Below, piece by piece: positions 1 through 8,642 of a stretch of DNA of 32,000 nucleotides. The first letter of the stretch is position 1. Every line of letters starts with the position of its first letter. Origin of the DNA: Candidatus Kuenenia stuttgartensis (GTDB lineage: Bacteria; Planctomycetota; Brocadiia; Brocadiales; Brocadiaceae). A model generated the notes under the pieces. That model did not search any database and was not told the DNA's origin. It worked only from the letters and a program-made list of their open reading frames with translations. Location: NCBI RefSeq assembly GCF_900232105.1, contig NZ_LT934425.1, positions 150,001 through 182,000 of the forward strand. The letters run 5' to 3'. A program made the translations under genes and the position numbers.

Positions 1-2
1 AT

Positions 3-836
3 AAAAATATTGAACATAGTGATGGATACATCATTTCAAAAAAGGAGCTTTATAAAAAAATAGAAGAAACTTTAGCATTAGGCGGTAAGCAGATACTCAT
101 GCAAGGGGGACTGCACCCAGCGCTAAAGATAGATTTTTATACTGATTTATTACTCTCCATTAAGAAAAACTTCGATATACACATACACGCCTTTTCTCCT
201 CCGGAGATAATGCATTTTTCCCATCTAAATACCCTACCAATGCCGGAAGTGATACGTATATTAAAAGAAGCGGGGCTTGATTCCATTCCAGGCGGCGGCG
301 CTGAAATATTGACGGATCGTTGCAGAAAAATCATAAGCCCAAATAAATGTTCTGCGCGGGAATGGCTGGACGTGATGCAATCTGCCCATGAACAGGGCAT
401 GAAAACGACTGCTACAATGATGTTTGGCCATATCGAAACTACGGAAGAACGCATCGAACATTTTGAAAAAATCCGGCAGCTCCAGGATAAAACAGGCGGG
501 TTTACCGCCTTTATCGCATGGACATTTCAACCGAAAAACACACAATTGGAAAACGCTCTTTCCGGCAGTCATGATTATTTAAAAACCTTAGCCATTTCCC
601 GGCTGTATCTTGATAACATTGAGAATATCCAGGCATCATGGGTCACACAAGGCGCTAAAATAGCGCAACTCTCTTTAAAATTCGGTGCGAATGACATGGG
701 GAGCACAATGATTGAGGAAAATGTTGTGAAGGCAGCGGGAGTAAGTTATACCATGGAAAAAGAGGAAATTGAATTTTTGATAAACGACGCCGGCTACCAG
801 GCGAAACAGCGCGATTTATATTATACCCTCGTGTAA
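3..836 (+). CDS. mqnC: Dehypoxanthine futalosine cyclase (MqnC-like radical SAM enzyme), 5' end outside the window
   Basis: Reading frame is open from base 3 (KNIEHSDGYIISKKELYKKIEETLALGGKQILMQGGLHP...). Motifs QGGLHP, HIHAFSPPEI, GLDSIPGGGAEIL and TTATMMFGH are typical of MqnC. Confidence 0.88.
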   Translation, partial: KNIEHSDGYIISKKELYKKIEETLALGGKQILMQGGLHPALKIDFYTDLLLSIKKNFDIHIHAFSPPEIMHFSHLNTLPMPEVIRILKEAGLDSIPGGGAEILTDRCRKIISPNKCSAREWLDVMQSAHEQGMKTTATMMFGHIETTEERIEHFEKIRQLQDKTGGFTAFIAWTFQPKNTQLENALSGSHDYLKTLAISRLYLDNIENIQASWVTQGAKIAQLSLKFGANDMGSTMIEENVVKAAGVSYTMEKEEIEFLINDAGYQAKQRDLYYTLV

Positions 837-937
837 ATCCATTGTCTTCCGAATAAGAGAGAGAATTATGTGGGATGGGTCAAAGCCTGTGTCCCGAGCA
901 TGCCGAATGGACGAAGCAGACCCATCAGTAACATTTC

Positions 938-1046
938 TATACTGTAAGAGTTCACAAACAGGGATTTCTAAAATTAGATTTAACTTTTGTTGACATAGAT
1001 AGTTATAGCATTTCTGAAATCACATTTTGTGAACCCTTTGAGTATA
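938..1046 (+). repeat. Copy 1 of a 109-bp direct repeat (MITE-like; internal inverted ends GAGTTCACAAA...TTTGTGAAC)
   Basis: Closely similar, same-length copy at 4417-4525. Confidence 0.85.
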
Positions 1047-1047
1047 T

Positions 1048-1998
1048 CTATGCTGAAATATTACAAATATTTTGTATGAAGGAAACCCTTTCTTCCAAAG
1101 TGTTTAGTTCTTTGTAGCGTTGCTCAACGATTTTCAGACGCGGCAATAATCCTGCGCAATTGGCGATTTGGATGTTGAGACCCGGACGCGCATTCAATTC
1201 TAAGAGCATAGGCCCCTTGTCTCTGTCAATAACAATATCTATTCCCTGATAACCTAATCCTGTGAGTTGGTAACACCGTGCGGCCAGGTTCAATAAATTC
1301 TCCCAGTTTGGGATCTTTATGCCGGTTATTTCAATACCTGTATCCGGGTGTTCCGTAATAATATCATTAAACCATACCCCTGTAGTGGTGATACCTGTTG
1401 CTATATCAATACCAACGCCTATTGCACCCTGATGCAAATTTGCTTTGCCATTCGATAAATGTGTTGGCAGGCGCATCATTGACATAACCGGCACTCCGAG
1501 AAAAACAATAATGCGAATATCAGGCATTCCCTGATAGGTAAGGTCTCTGAAAAATGGGGCAAGCTGCACCGTATATTCTACGAACGCCCTATCGGTATGT
1601 CCTCCTATACTATATACGCCGCTAAGAATCTCTAAAATGTGATTTTCAAGGAACTCTTCACTAACGATCGTCCTTCCCAGGGTTCGATATCCTTTCTTAG
1701 AATGGCCGGTGATAACGATTATGCCATTTCCACTGCTCCCATGGGCAGGTTTAATAACGAATGTGGAATGTTTTTTGAGAATGGCATGTATATCCCGTGC
1801 CTGATGGTTTACTGCTACAACGGCATACAATTCGGGGACGTTAATGCCCGCCTGTATTGCAAGTTTCTTGGTAAGTAATTTGTCATCCACAAGCGGGTAT
1901 AGGCACCGCTTATTATACTTTGAGATATAATCGATATTACGGCGATTAATTCCAACAATTCCTAATTTATGCAATTGTTTTATGAGTTTTGGAATCAT
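1048..1998 (-). CDS. ATP-grasp alpha-L-glutamate ligase-like protein (RimK-related)
   Basis: ATP-grasp features: FVIKPAHGSSGNGIIVI, YQGIDIVIDRDKGPMLLELNARPGLNIQIAN. Typical partner of the adjacent 7TM/transglutaminase gene. Confidence 0.85.
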   Translation of the reverse strand: MIPKLIKQLHKLGIVGINRRNIDYISKYNKRCLYPLVDDKLLTKKLAIQAGINVPELYAVVAVNHQARDIHAILKKHSTFVIKPAHGSSGNGIIVITGHSKKGYRTLGRTIVSEEFLENHILEILSGVYSIGGHTDRAFVEYTVQLAPFFRDLTYQGMPDIRIIVFLGVPVMSMMRLPTHLSNGKANLHQGAIGVGIDIATGITTTGVWFNDIITEHPDTGIEITGIKIPNWENLLNLAARCYQLTGLGYQGIDIVIDRDKGPMLLELNARPGLNIQIANCAGLLPRLKIVEQRYKELNTLEERVSFIQNICNISA

Positions 1999-3524
1999 TA
2001 TTTTATCTTATTAAACTCCTTAAAACGGAATAACTCTACTAACCTGTACCCTTTATACCTGCCCAAAAGCATGGCGATTGCCAGTATCTGCAAAAGCATC
2101 TCCGGATATACGAATATTAAGTGTCTGCTATATTTGTTAAACATAAAAAAGTATACAATGGAAGCGGCGATTAAACTTCCCACACATTGTTGCAATGCGG
2201 CTTTAGACCCCCGTTCCTCCCACGTAATGGTCATTCGTTCTATCGTCATAGTGAGAATGACTATTGGGAATATTGAGATGGAGAGTCCTATCTCAATATG
2301 AAGTTTGTAGAATAAAATATCGAATATCCCGATGAATATAATAATGATAATAAGTAAGGATGCGAGACGGGATACCATCAGGAGCCTGAAATTCTCAAGA
2401 TACAAACGCACAGCCATTCCAATCGCAACCAGTATGCTAAATAATATAATACCTGAAATTAAATGTGTTTCCCTGAAAGACAGAGCGATAAGCACAGGCA
2501 TAAAAGTGCCAAATGTCTCAATACCAATAACATTTCGCAGGATAACCAAAAATAAAACGCCAATAGGAATGAGCAGCAACAGATGATAAACTGCCTGAAA
2601 ATGGAGCGGCAAGCTGAATAAAGAAAAATTTAATAAATACGGGTTCATTGTTTCCGCCCTTTTTATAGCGGCATTGATAGCATCCTCTTCCTGAAGACCT
2701 ACAGAAATATTTGTTTTCAGATTTTTCCCGCCGGATAACTGTACTAATGGTTTTGTTCCCCTCCACCAGTCCAGATAGTTCCCGGAAATTAATGATGTTC
2801 CTGAAACCGGATCGTAACCCGTCCACTTCCCGCCACTATACACTTCTATGCACCTTTCTATTTTCGCATCGTTTGTTCTGGTGGTTACTTTAATACCATT
2901 TACTACCCTGGCAGGAATGCCTGCAAGAGCAAGCAATTGAACCGCTAATTCTACCTTTTTATCCACAGAAACTTCTTTGTCCAAAAGAATCGCAACGTTT
3001 TCATCTGGCGGTTGGGCATTCAGAAGCTTGAATAATTTCATCACAAAAGAATCAGTATCTGCTGATTTTCTCAGGATTTCAACAAGAAGGGCGTTGGCTG
3101 CTGACCGATTAGGTTCCAAAAATTCAGGAACTTCCCATTCAAGAGGGGGTGCGCTATCCGGAGGATTTCTTAATTTTACTTTATTCACCTGGATGCGGTA
3201 GAGAAGCACCTGACGCTTACTTGCCTCGTGAATAGCCCATGTTGCGCTCCGGTTAATGTTGTCGGTAGAAGTGGTTATACCATAAGACCTCGAGACAAAA
3301 TTTTCAGATGAAATAATAAAGTTTCTTGAATATCCGGGCAAGAATAACACCACCTTTGCCGGTTCGTTCTGTGCATCAAAGGAAACATGAACTTCAATAT
3401 TCCAAAAATTAGCCTTTTCCTCCGGGACTATAGGAAAACCAAATACAAAATATTTATAGGCGATCAAACCACAGCTTATGAGTAAGAGGCTGAAGATAAA
3501 AAAGTAAAAATGTGTTCTATTCAT
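1998..3524 (-). CDS. Inactive transglutaminase-like domain fused to a 7TM region
   Basis: ORF 1998..3575, with likely start at 3524 (MNRTHFYFFIFSLLL). N-terminal TM, LLALAGIPARVVNG...GYDPVSG transglutaminase-like fold, then multiple C-terminal TM helices with RPVTFG-type motif variant (GTFMPVLIALSF). Confidence 0.85.
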   Translation of the reverse strand: MNRTHFYFFIFSLLLISCGLIAYKYFVFGFPIVPEEKANFWNIEVHVSFDAQNEPAKVVLFLPGYSRNFIISSENFVSRSYGITTSTDNINRSATWAIHEASKRQVLLYRIQVNKVKLRNPPDSAPPLEWEVPEFLEPNRSAANALLVEILRKSADTDSFVMKLFKLLNAQPPDENVAILLDKEVSVDKKVELAVQLLALAGIPARVVNGIKVTTRTNDAKIERCIEVYSGGKWTGYDPVSGTSLISGNYLDWWRGTKPLVQLSGGKNLKTNISVGLQEEDAINAAIKRAETMNPYLLNFSLFSLPLHFQAVYHLLLLIPIGVLFLVILRNVIGIETFGTFMPVLIALSFRETHLISGIILFSILVAIGMAVRLYLENFRLLMVSRLASLLIIIIIFIGIFDILFYKLHIEIGLSISIFPIVILTMTIERMTITWEERGSKAALQQCVGSLIAASIVYFFMFNKYSRHLIFVYPEMLLQILAIAMLLGRYKGYRLVELFRFKEFNKIK

Positions 3525-4170
3525 CGCCGAAAACACTCTCGCATTTTGGTTCTTTGGAATAGGTGGAGGATACATCTATGAAAAAATCGTCCAGCAAAAA
3601 ATTTCTCCCTATAAGCATCTGATACATAAACCGTGTCCTGTTTGAAAGAGTTACTTCAACCTCCTTATAAATACCTCCTATGCAAATGCCAAGTTTAATA
3701 ACGGGGCGTTTTTCTGACGGCATTCCTATACGCTTTACTGTTGCTGTGCGTATGACCCTTTCCTCAATATTCAACTTTTCTCCTTTTTCATTTATCAATT
3801 CAAATTTCACCCATTTTTCACCATCCCGCTCAAATAAGGTATAAACAGGGGCATTTATGGAACAGGTTTTGGCGCCGGTATCTACTTTTGCTTTTAAAAC
3901 AATGTTCCCGGGGAAAACAAGAATCTTCTCTACCCGGCCCAAAATTTCTTTACTTTTTGCATCTGCCAACGAATGGAATGCAAAAACCAAAAATAAACTG
4001 GCTATAATAAATATGCTTTTAGTTTTATACAATAATAAATGGGAAACAAATCTTTGTAGAAATCCGGCAGTAGCTATTTCACAAGCCCGAAAAGGGGGAA
4101 ACATAGATTTTATCATTGAAATAATGCCTCCAGAGCAATTGAATCTAAAAAAGAAATGTGAATTGTCCAT
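3517..4170 (-). CDS. Retropepsin-like aspartyl protease family (often annotated ATP-dependent Zn protease, RimK-associated)
   Basis: Active-site-like VDTGAKTCSINA and MLIGRNFL. Adjacent to ATP-grasp and 7TM-transglutaminase genes. N-terminal signal or TM segment. Confidence 0.8.
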   Translation of the reverse strand: MDNSHFFFRFNCSGGIISMIKSMFPPFRACEIATAGFLQRFVSHLLLYKTKSIFIIASLFLVFAFHSLADAKSKEILGRVEKILVFPGNIVLKAKVDTGAKTCSINAPVYTLFERDGEKWVKFELINEKGEKLNIEERVIRTATVKRIGMPSEKRPVIKLGICIGGIYKEVEVTLSNRTRFMYQMLIGRNFLLDDFFIDVSSTYSKEPKCESVFGDE

Positions 4171-4416
4171 AATAGTTCCTTAAATTACACTAAAAATCAT
4201 TTGCAATACGAATACTGTGCTTCATTGTTTGACCTTTTTTCTGTTTTTCTTCACTGACAGGCATTAAATAATCATTACCGTTAGGTGAAAATGGTAAATA
4301 CAAAGTATCACAGTATTTATAAAACATAAAAATAACATAGGCTATTTTAAAAAGAACGTGCCGTTAATGTCAAATGCTTATTTATTACGGTGATGACAGA
4401 AAAGTATCAGGCAATA

Positions 4417-4525
4417 TATACTGTAAGAGTTCACAAATATTGATTTTTGAAATTAGATTTAACTTCTGTTGACATAAATAGTTATAGCATTCCTGAAATC
4501 ACATTTTGTGAACTCCTTGAGTATA
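4417..4525 (+). repeat. Copy 2 of the 109-bp direct repeat; TIRs GAGTTCACAAA (4427-4437) and TTTGTGAACTC (4505-4515)
   Basis: Direct comparison with 938-1046. Confidence 0.85.
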
Positions 4526-4617
4526 AGTATCACAAATCCGGCCTGACCCTTTAATTTAGAGGCGTTGCAGATAAAGTTGCCGGGATTATAGGGCAGTCAC
4601 GAAAAAAACTTGCTTTG

Positions 4618-4660
4618 TGCCGTAAAAGCCAATAAATATAAGGCTTTTACGGCATTTTTT
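4618..4660 (+). terminator. Rho-independent terminator-like hairpin
   Basis: GCCGTAAAAGCC (4618-4629) / GGCTTTTACGGC (4641-4652) followed by ATTTTTTT. Confidence 0.7.
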
Positions 4661-4934
4661 TAAATTGGTGTGAACATCCGTTTGATAGTATGCTTAGTGT
4701 AGGGGCGAAGCATCGATATTTCGGTCTCTATGCCGAGATTATGAACGGGCATTGGGTGAGCATGGATTTATTCAGAGGGGGTTTAACCGGCGCAGGAAAT
4801 TTAAGAAAAGGAAGACTTCTCTATGGGAGGGATTAATAGCTCTCAGCCTCCGTACCGGCCGCAGCGCCCGGCAACCGGTTATCGGGGTACGGCCCAACCG
4901 ATGCCTGCGCGAATATTATAACAAAAGGAAAACC

Positions 4935-5267
4935 ATGTTTCAAATAAAAGTTGACGATTCAGGGGTGGTAAAACTCCTGGGCGAATTAAAGCAGAGAACC
5001 TCAAATCTAAATCCGACCATGCAGGTTATTGGCGAACTTGTAAAAACTTCGGTCAAGAGAAACTTTGAGGTGGGCGGGCGGTATTCCATGGAAGGAAGTT
5101 GGGCGGGAGGATCAAAAACATGGTTGCCACTAAGCGCCGCAACCCTTTTTAGCGGCAGAAAGAGCAAATATATAACGAGGAAAGGCTCATACCGGAAAGG
5201 GGTGGAAGAAAAGCTTAAAAAATTGGAATTTTTCAAAAAAAACAAATTGTTACAAATTTTCAATTAA
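4935..5267 (+). pseudogene. Phage virion morphogenesis protein (tail completion, Mu gpG-like), C-terminally truncated remnant
   Basis: MFQIKVDDSGVVKLLGELKQRTSNLNPTMQVIGELVKTSVKRNFEVGG...WLPLSAATL...RKSKYITRKGSYRKGVEEKLKK resembles this family. Stops after a lysine-rich tail, and no other structural phage genes are nearby. Confidence 0.6.
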
Positions 5268-5353
5268 AAATAAGGGTGGCATTGACAAACTTTGTTTGTT
5301 CGTGTTGAACCAGACATTATGACGACGGTTTTTTATAATGTAAGAGGGTCAGA

Positions 5354-6275
5354 ATGAAAGCGAAAATATCAGTCATTGATGACGAAGAAAGCATACAGAG
5401 TATACCTTCAGGGAATTTCTCTCAGATGAAGGGTATGACGTTGATACTGTTGAGAATTATAAGGATGCGTTGTCAGCTTTGAAAAAAACAAACTACGATG
5501 TGGTATTTACCGATATTGTCTTAAAGGGGAAAACGGGTATAGAGATTCCTGAAGCTATCAGACGTAAAAATATGAACTGTTAGGTTATTATTATTACCGC
5601 CGCTCCGGAAATTGAAAGCACCACATCAGCGGTGAGGCTTGGCGCCTTCAATTATATTCCTAAGCCTGTAACGCAGGAGCAACTGTTAAATATTACGAAG
5701 AAAGCGTTAGAGAAAAAGATAGCGCTTGATAGAAAAAAACAATTATTTCAATATGAAGGCCGTACTCAGAAGCGTAAATGATGCGATAATTATCATGAAC
5801 AAAGACCTGACCATATTATAAGCAAACGATTTGGCCATTAGAATATGTGATCTGGCCGATAGTGCAAAAGGCAGGAAATTTATCACATATACTGAACATT
5901 GTAGCGGAAAATGCCTTCTATCGATTGCAAAAACTTTGAGAAATAAGCAAACAAAAGAAATGTTCTATGTGCAATGTCAGAAAAGCAGCAATATGAATCA
6001 AATAGTTAATGTTACGACTTCTCCGCTTCTTAACGAAAAAGGCGCTATTATCGGGATAGTACTGGTGGTAAAAGACAAATCCGTATCAGAAGAAACAGCA
6101 AATAATAGCCACATTGAATCAAATAAATTTCATCGTAGTTATCAGCAGATCAGAAAAAATGCAATCGGTTTTTAGCGACTATTAAAAATCTGGCAGATGT
6201 GCAAACACTACCGCGTTAATCACCGGAGAAAGCGGTACCGGCAAAGAATTTGGTCGCTGAAACGATCCATGAGGT
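5354..6275 (+). pseudogene. Decayed sigma54-type response regulator (receiver - PAS - start of AAA+ domain)
   Basis: Frame-shifted fragments: KISVIDDEESI / TFREFLSDEGYDVDTVENYKDALSALKKTNYDVVFTDIVLKGKTGIEIPEAIRRKNMNC* / VIIITAAPEIESTTSAVRLGAFNYIPKPVTQEQLL / CSGKCLLSIAKTL...VNVTTSPLLNEKGAIIGIVLVVKD / LADVQT / ALITGESGTGKE / LVAETIH. Confidence 0.85.
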
Positions 6276-6500
6276 TGGTATTTACATACACCTGCAAGGC
6301 GCTACATTAATCCCAAAATAGCCCTTGTATTTTACGGCAAATGGCAGATTCTTTCCATAAGCGTCCTGCGCATCCTGAAATGCATAGTTCATAAATAAAT
6401 AATTGTCGTAACAGTTCACCCCTTCAGGATTGTACCGGTATTTGAAAAGGGACTACCCCCTAATCCTTTCCTAAGAGGGAACTTGCCAAATTCCCATACA

Positions 6501-7004
6501 TCATATATATTTTGTCAATTCTTTCAGCGATTTACGATGAGTAGGGTCAGGCATAATTTCAGGATAACCAAGCGGCGTAAACGCAACAGGTTCAATGCCG
6601 GGCGGAAGATGAAGGACTGATTTTACGACAGATATCTTAAAAGCGGCAACCCAGCAAGTAGCCAGTCCCTCTTCTGTGGCGGCAAGGATGAGATGGTCCA
6701 TCGCTATTGCGGCGTCTATATCCGCATAATTTTTTCCGTCACCTCGTTTCCACGCTACTTCCGGAATACTGCATACGCCAATTATCACAGGGGCGGTGTA
6801 AAACCATTCTTCGCTATACGCTTCTTTCAGTTGTTTTTTCACATTCTCATTCTTAATCACAAAGAAGCATACCGGTTGGCGGTTGGCGGCGCTTGGCGCA
6901 TTTCTTGCCGCCTCCAGTATTCGTTCCAGTTTTTCTTCAGGAACAGACTCTTTCTTGTAAGAACGCACACTCCGTCTTTCTTTCATAATATTGTATATAT
7001 TCAT
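6501..7004 (-). CDS. Nitroreductase family protein
   Basis: MKERRSVRSYKKESVPEEKLERILEAARNAPSAANRQPVCFFVI; AIDHLILAATEEGLATCWV. Confidence 0.9.
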   Translation of the reverse strand: MNIYNIMKERRSVRSYKKESVPEEKLERILEAARNAPSAANRQPVCFFVIKNENVKKQLKEAYSEEWFYTAPVIIGVCSIPEVAWKRGDGKNYADIDAAIAMDHLILAATEEGLATCWVAAFKISVVKSVLHLPPGIEPVAFTPLGYPEIMPDPTHRKSLKELTKYI

Positions 7005-7015
7005 TTGCTATCCCC

Positions 7016-7702
7016 TTAAAAAGTAACCATTTTCCACTGATTCGCCCTGGCATACAACCAAAGCATAGGACTTGCGTTTACCGCTACCGGGTATCCCACT
7101 ATACGCAAAAATTTTACATCCACATATGCGTTGCCAAAACCATAGGAAGATGAAAGATCCAAACTATATTCTGAAACAAGGCGTTCAATAATCTTCACCT
7201 TCCCACCGCAGTAAGAATGGATGCCGTCAATCTCACCGGTAATCCTGCCTTCATTGTCAACGGCAAGTTTAGTCCCTATCCCAATATCGGCATTGCAAAC
7301 TTTTGTAAAGCATTCTACCATTGGACTCAGCGTACCTGATAGTAAAATGATCAGATATCCTTCATTTTTCAGTCTCTTTATTTCCTGTAACGCATATTCC
7401 GATATATGCGGCAATATTCGCTTATGAAAACATTCGTCTATATTGCCAATAATGTTTTCATAATCATTATTCTTTAGATAGTATTTATTCTTTCTGAAAG
7501 ACAGCCCCTTTAAACTGAAACATTTCCGGAGAAAAGCTGCGGCAAAACGCAACAGACTACTGAAATTTATTACCCTCTTTTCCAGAAGATAATAAAATAA
7601 AACCCTTTCGGAGGAAATACCCTTAATTATTGTTCCGTCGATATCAAAAATAGCTGCTTTTCTCACGCGCAGGATTTTACTTATTGAATATGTTTCTTTC
7701 AA
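7016..7702 (-). CDS. HAD-IB family phosphatase
   Basis: AAIFDIDGTI; IILLSGTLSPMV; GFGNAYVDVKFLRIVGYPVAVNASPML. Confidence 0.85.
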   Translation of the reverse strand: MKETYSISKILRVRKAAIFDIDGTIIKGISSERVLFYYLLEKRVINFSSLLRFAAAFLRKCFSLKGLSFRKNKYYLKNNDYENIIGNIDECFHKRILPHISEYALQEIKRLKNEGYLIILLSGTLSPMVECFTKVCNADIGIGTKLAVDNEGRITGEIDGIHSYCGGKVKIIERLVSEYSLDLSSSYGFGNAYVDVKFLRIVGYPVAVNASPMLWLYARANQWKMVTF

Positions 7703-7726
7703 TAAAAAAAACTATAAGGGTGCTTT

Positions 7727-8143
7727 CTAACGAAGCAACATCAGCCCCCCTAAAATTAACAGCATACCCATAACTTTGGAAAAGGTAACCTCCTCTCCCA
7801 AAAAAATACAACCAAAAAAAAAGGTAAACAACGGGGCGCTGCTGGTAATAGGAACAACTTTTGAAATTTCCCCCGTTTTAATTGCCTTAAAAAATATCAC
7901 CTGTGCTATAAAACCCGCCAAAAGACCTGCAAGCACAAGGCAGCAAATGGACTTGATTCCCATCCTCCCGACGGCTGACAGATTTGAAGTAAACAACACG
8001 ATAATAATAACACCAATGACTACGCCCGAACTTCGCACTATATAAGCCGTCATAGGTTCAACAGAAGAAAGCCCTACCTTTTCTAAAAAAGCAACGGTAC
8101 CCCAGAGAATAGCGGTAATAATTGCAAGATAATATGGCGCCAT
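7727..8143 (-). CDS. EamA/DMT family small membrane transporter (single-domain)
   Basis: Hydrophobic protein of 138 aa with AILWGTVAFLEKVGL and VVPITSSAPLFTFFFGCIFLGEEVT motifs. Confidence 0.85.
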   Translation of the reverse strand: MAPYYLAIITAILWGTVAFLEKVGLSSVEPMTAYIVRSSGVVIGVIIIVLFTSNLSAVGRMGIKSICCLVLAGLLAGFIAQVIFFKAIKTGEISKVVPITSSAPLFTFFFGCIFLGEEVTFSKVMGMLLILGGLMLLR

Positions 8144-8183
8144 ATTGCCTTACCTCGAATAGTTGTTCTGAATGCTGAATAGT

Positions 8184-8256
8184 GTAGAGGCGAAGCATTT
8201 GCTATAGATTGTCATAAATGCGTTCATACCCAAACGGGCAAATGCTTCGCCCCTAC
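8184..8256. repeat. Near-perfect inverted repeat GTAGAGGCGAAGCATTTGC / GCAAATGCTTCGCCCCTAC
   Basis: Arms 8184-8202 and 8238-8256, 18/19 match, 35-nt loop. Confidence 0.85.
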
Positions 8257-8322
8257 GTGCATTGTTTGCAGATTAAAACTTTATATGATTCTTGTGAAAC
8301 GGACAATGAAATTCTCCAGATA

Positions 8323-8376
8323 CAGTCGGCAATAGGCAATCGGCAATCTACAGTCGGCAGTCGGCAAATTGCAGAT
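8323..8376. repeat. Dispersed TCGGCAATCTACAGTCGGCA(GTCGGCA)AATTGCAGA repeat
   Basis: Similar copies at 28236-28266 and (partial) 13741-13771. Confidence 0.7.
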
Positions 8377-8642
8377 TGATGACTGGGGATTGGAGACCGG
8401 AGATTGGATATTGGAGACTGGTGCCTGAGGGCAGTCGTTATTTCCCGGCAAAATGAAGCTTTTATCCGCACCGCCATGCACTTTTAACCCCGTATGATGC
8501 ATGGTGTTACGTCCTATTACGTTTCAGCCTGATAGCTTTATATGCCTTGATTTGCCGCAATACTTTTGTTACCATTTACCATTTATAAAATTATTTGTAA
8601 AATGATTTTTTTTAAACCGTAAGCAGAGGTTTACCAATAAAG

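Noticed and set aside
938-4525. 109-bp repeats as phage att sites or TSDs of a large transposon
   Set aside because: No integrase or transposase lies between them, and each copy has its own inverted ends. A MITE pair is the simpler reading.
5831-6175. Stand-alone PAS protein (114 aa)
   Set aside because: Flanking out-of-frame receiver and AAA+ fragments show it is the middle of a decayed response regulator.
8253-8502. Overlapping 74-83 aa minus-strand ORFs rich in repeated Pro/Ile/Ala/Asp words
   Set aside because: They are translations of the simple CGGCAATC/GGAGATTGG repeats, not genes.
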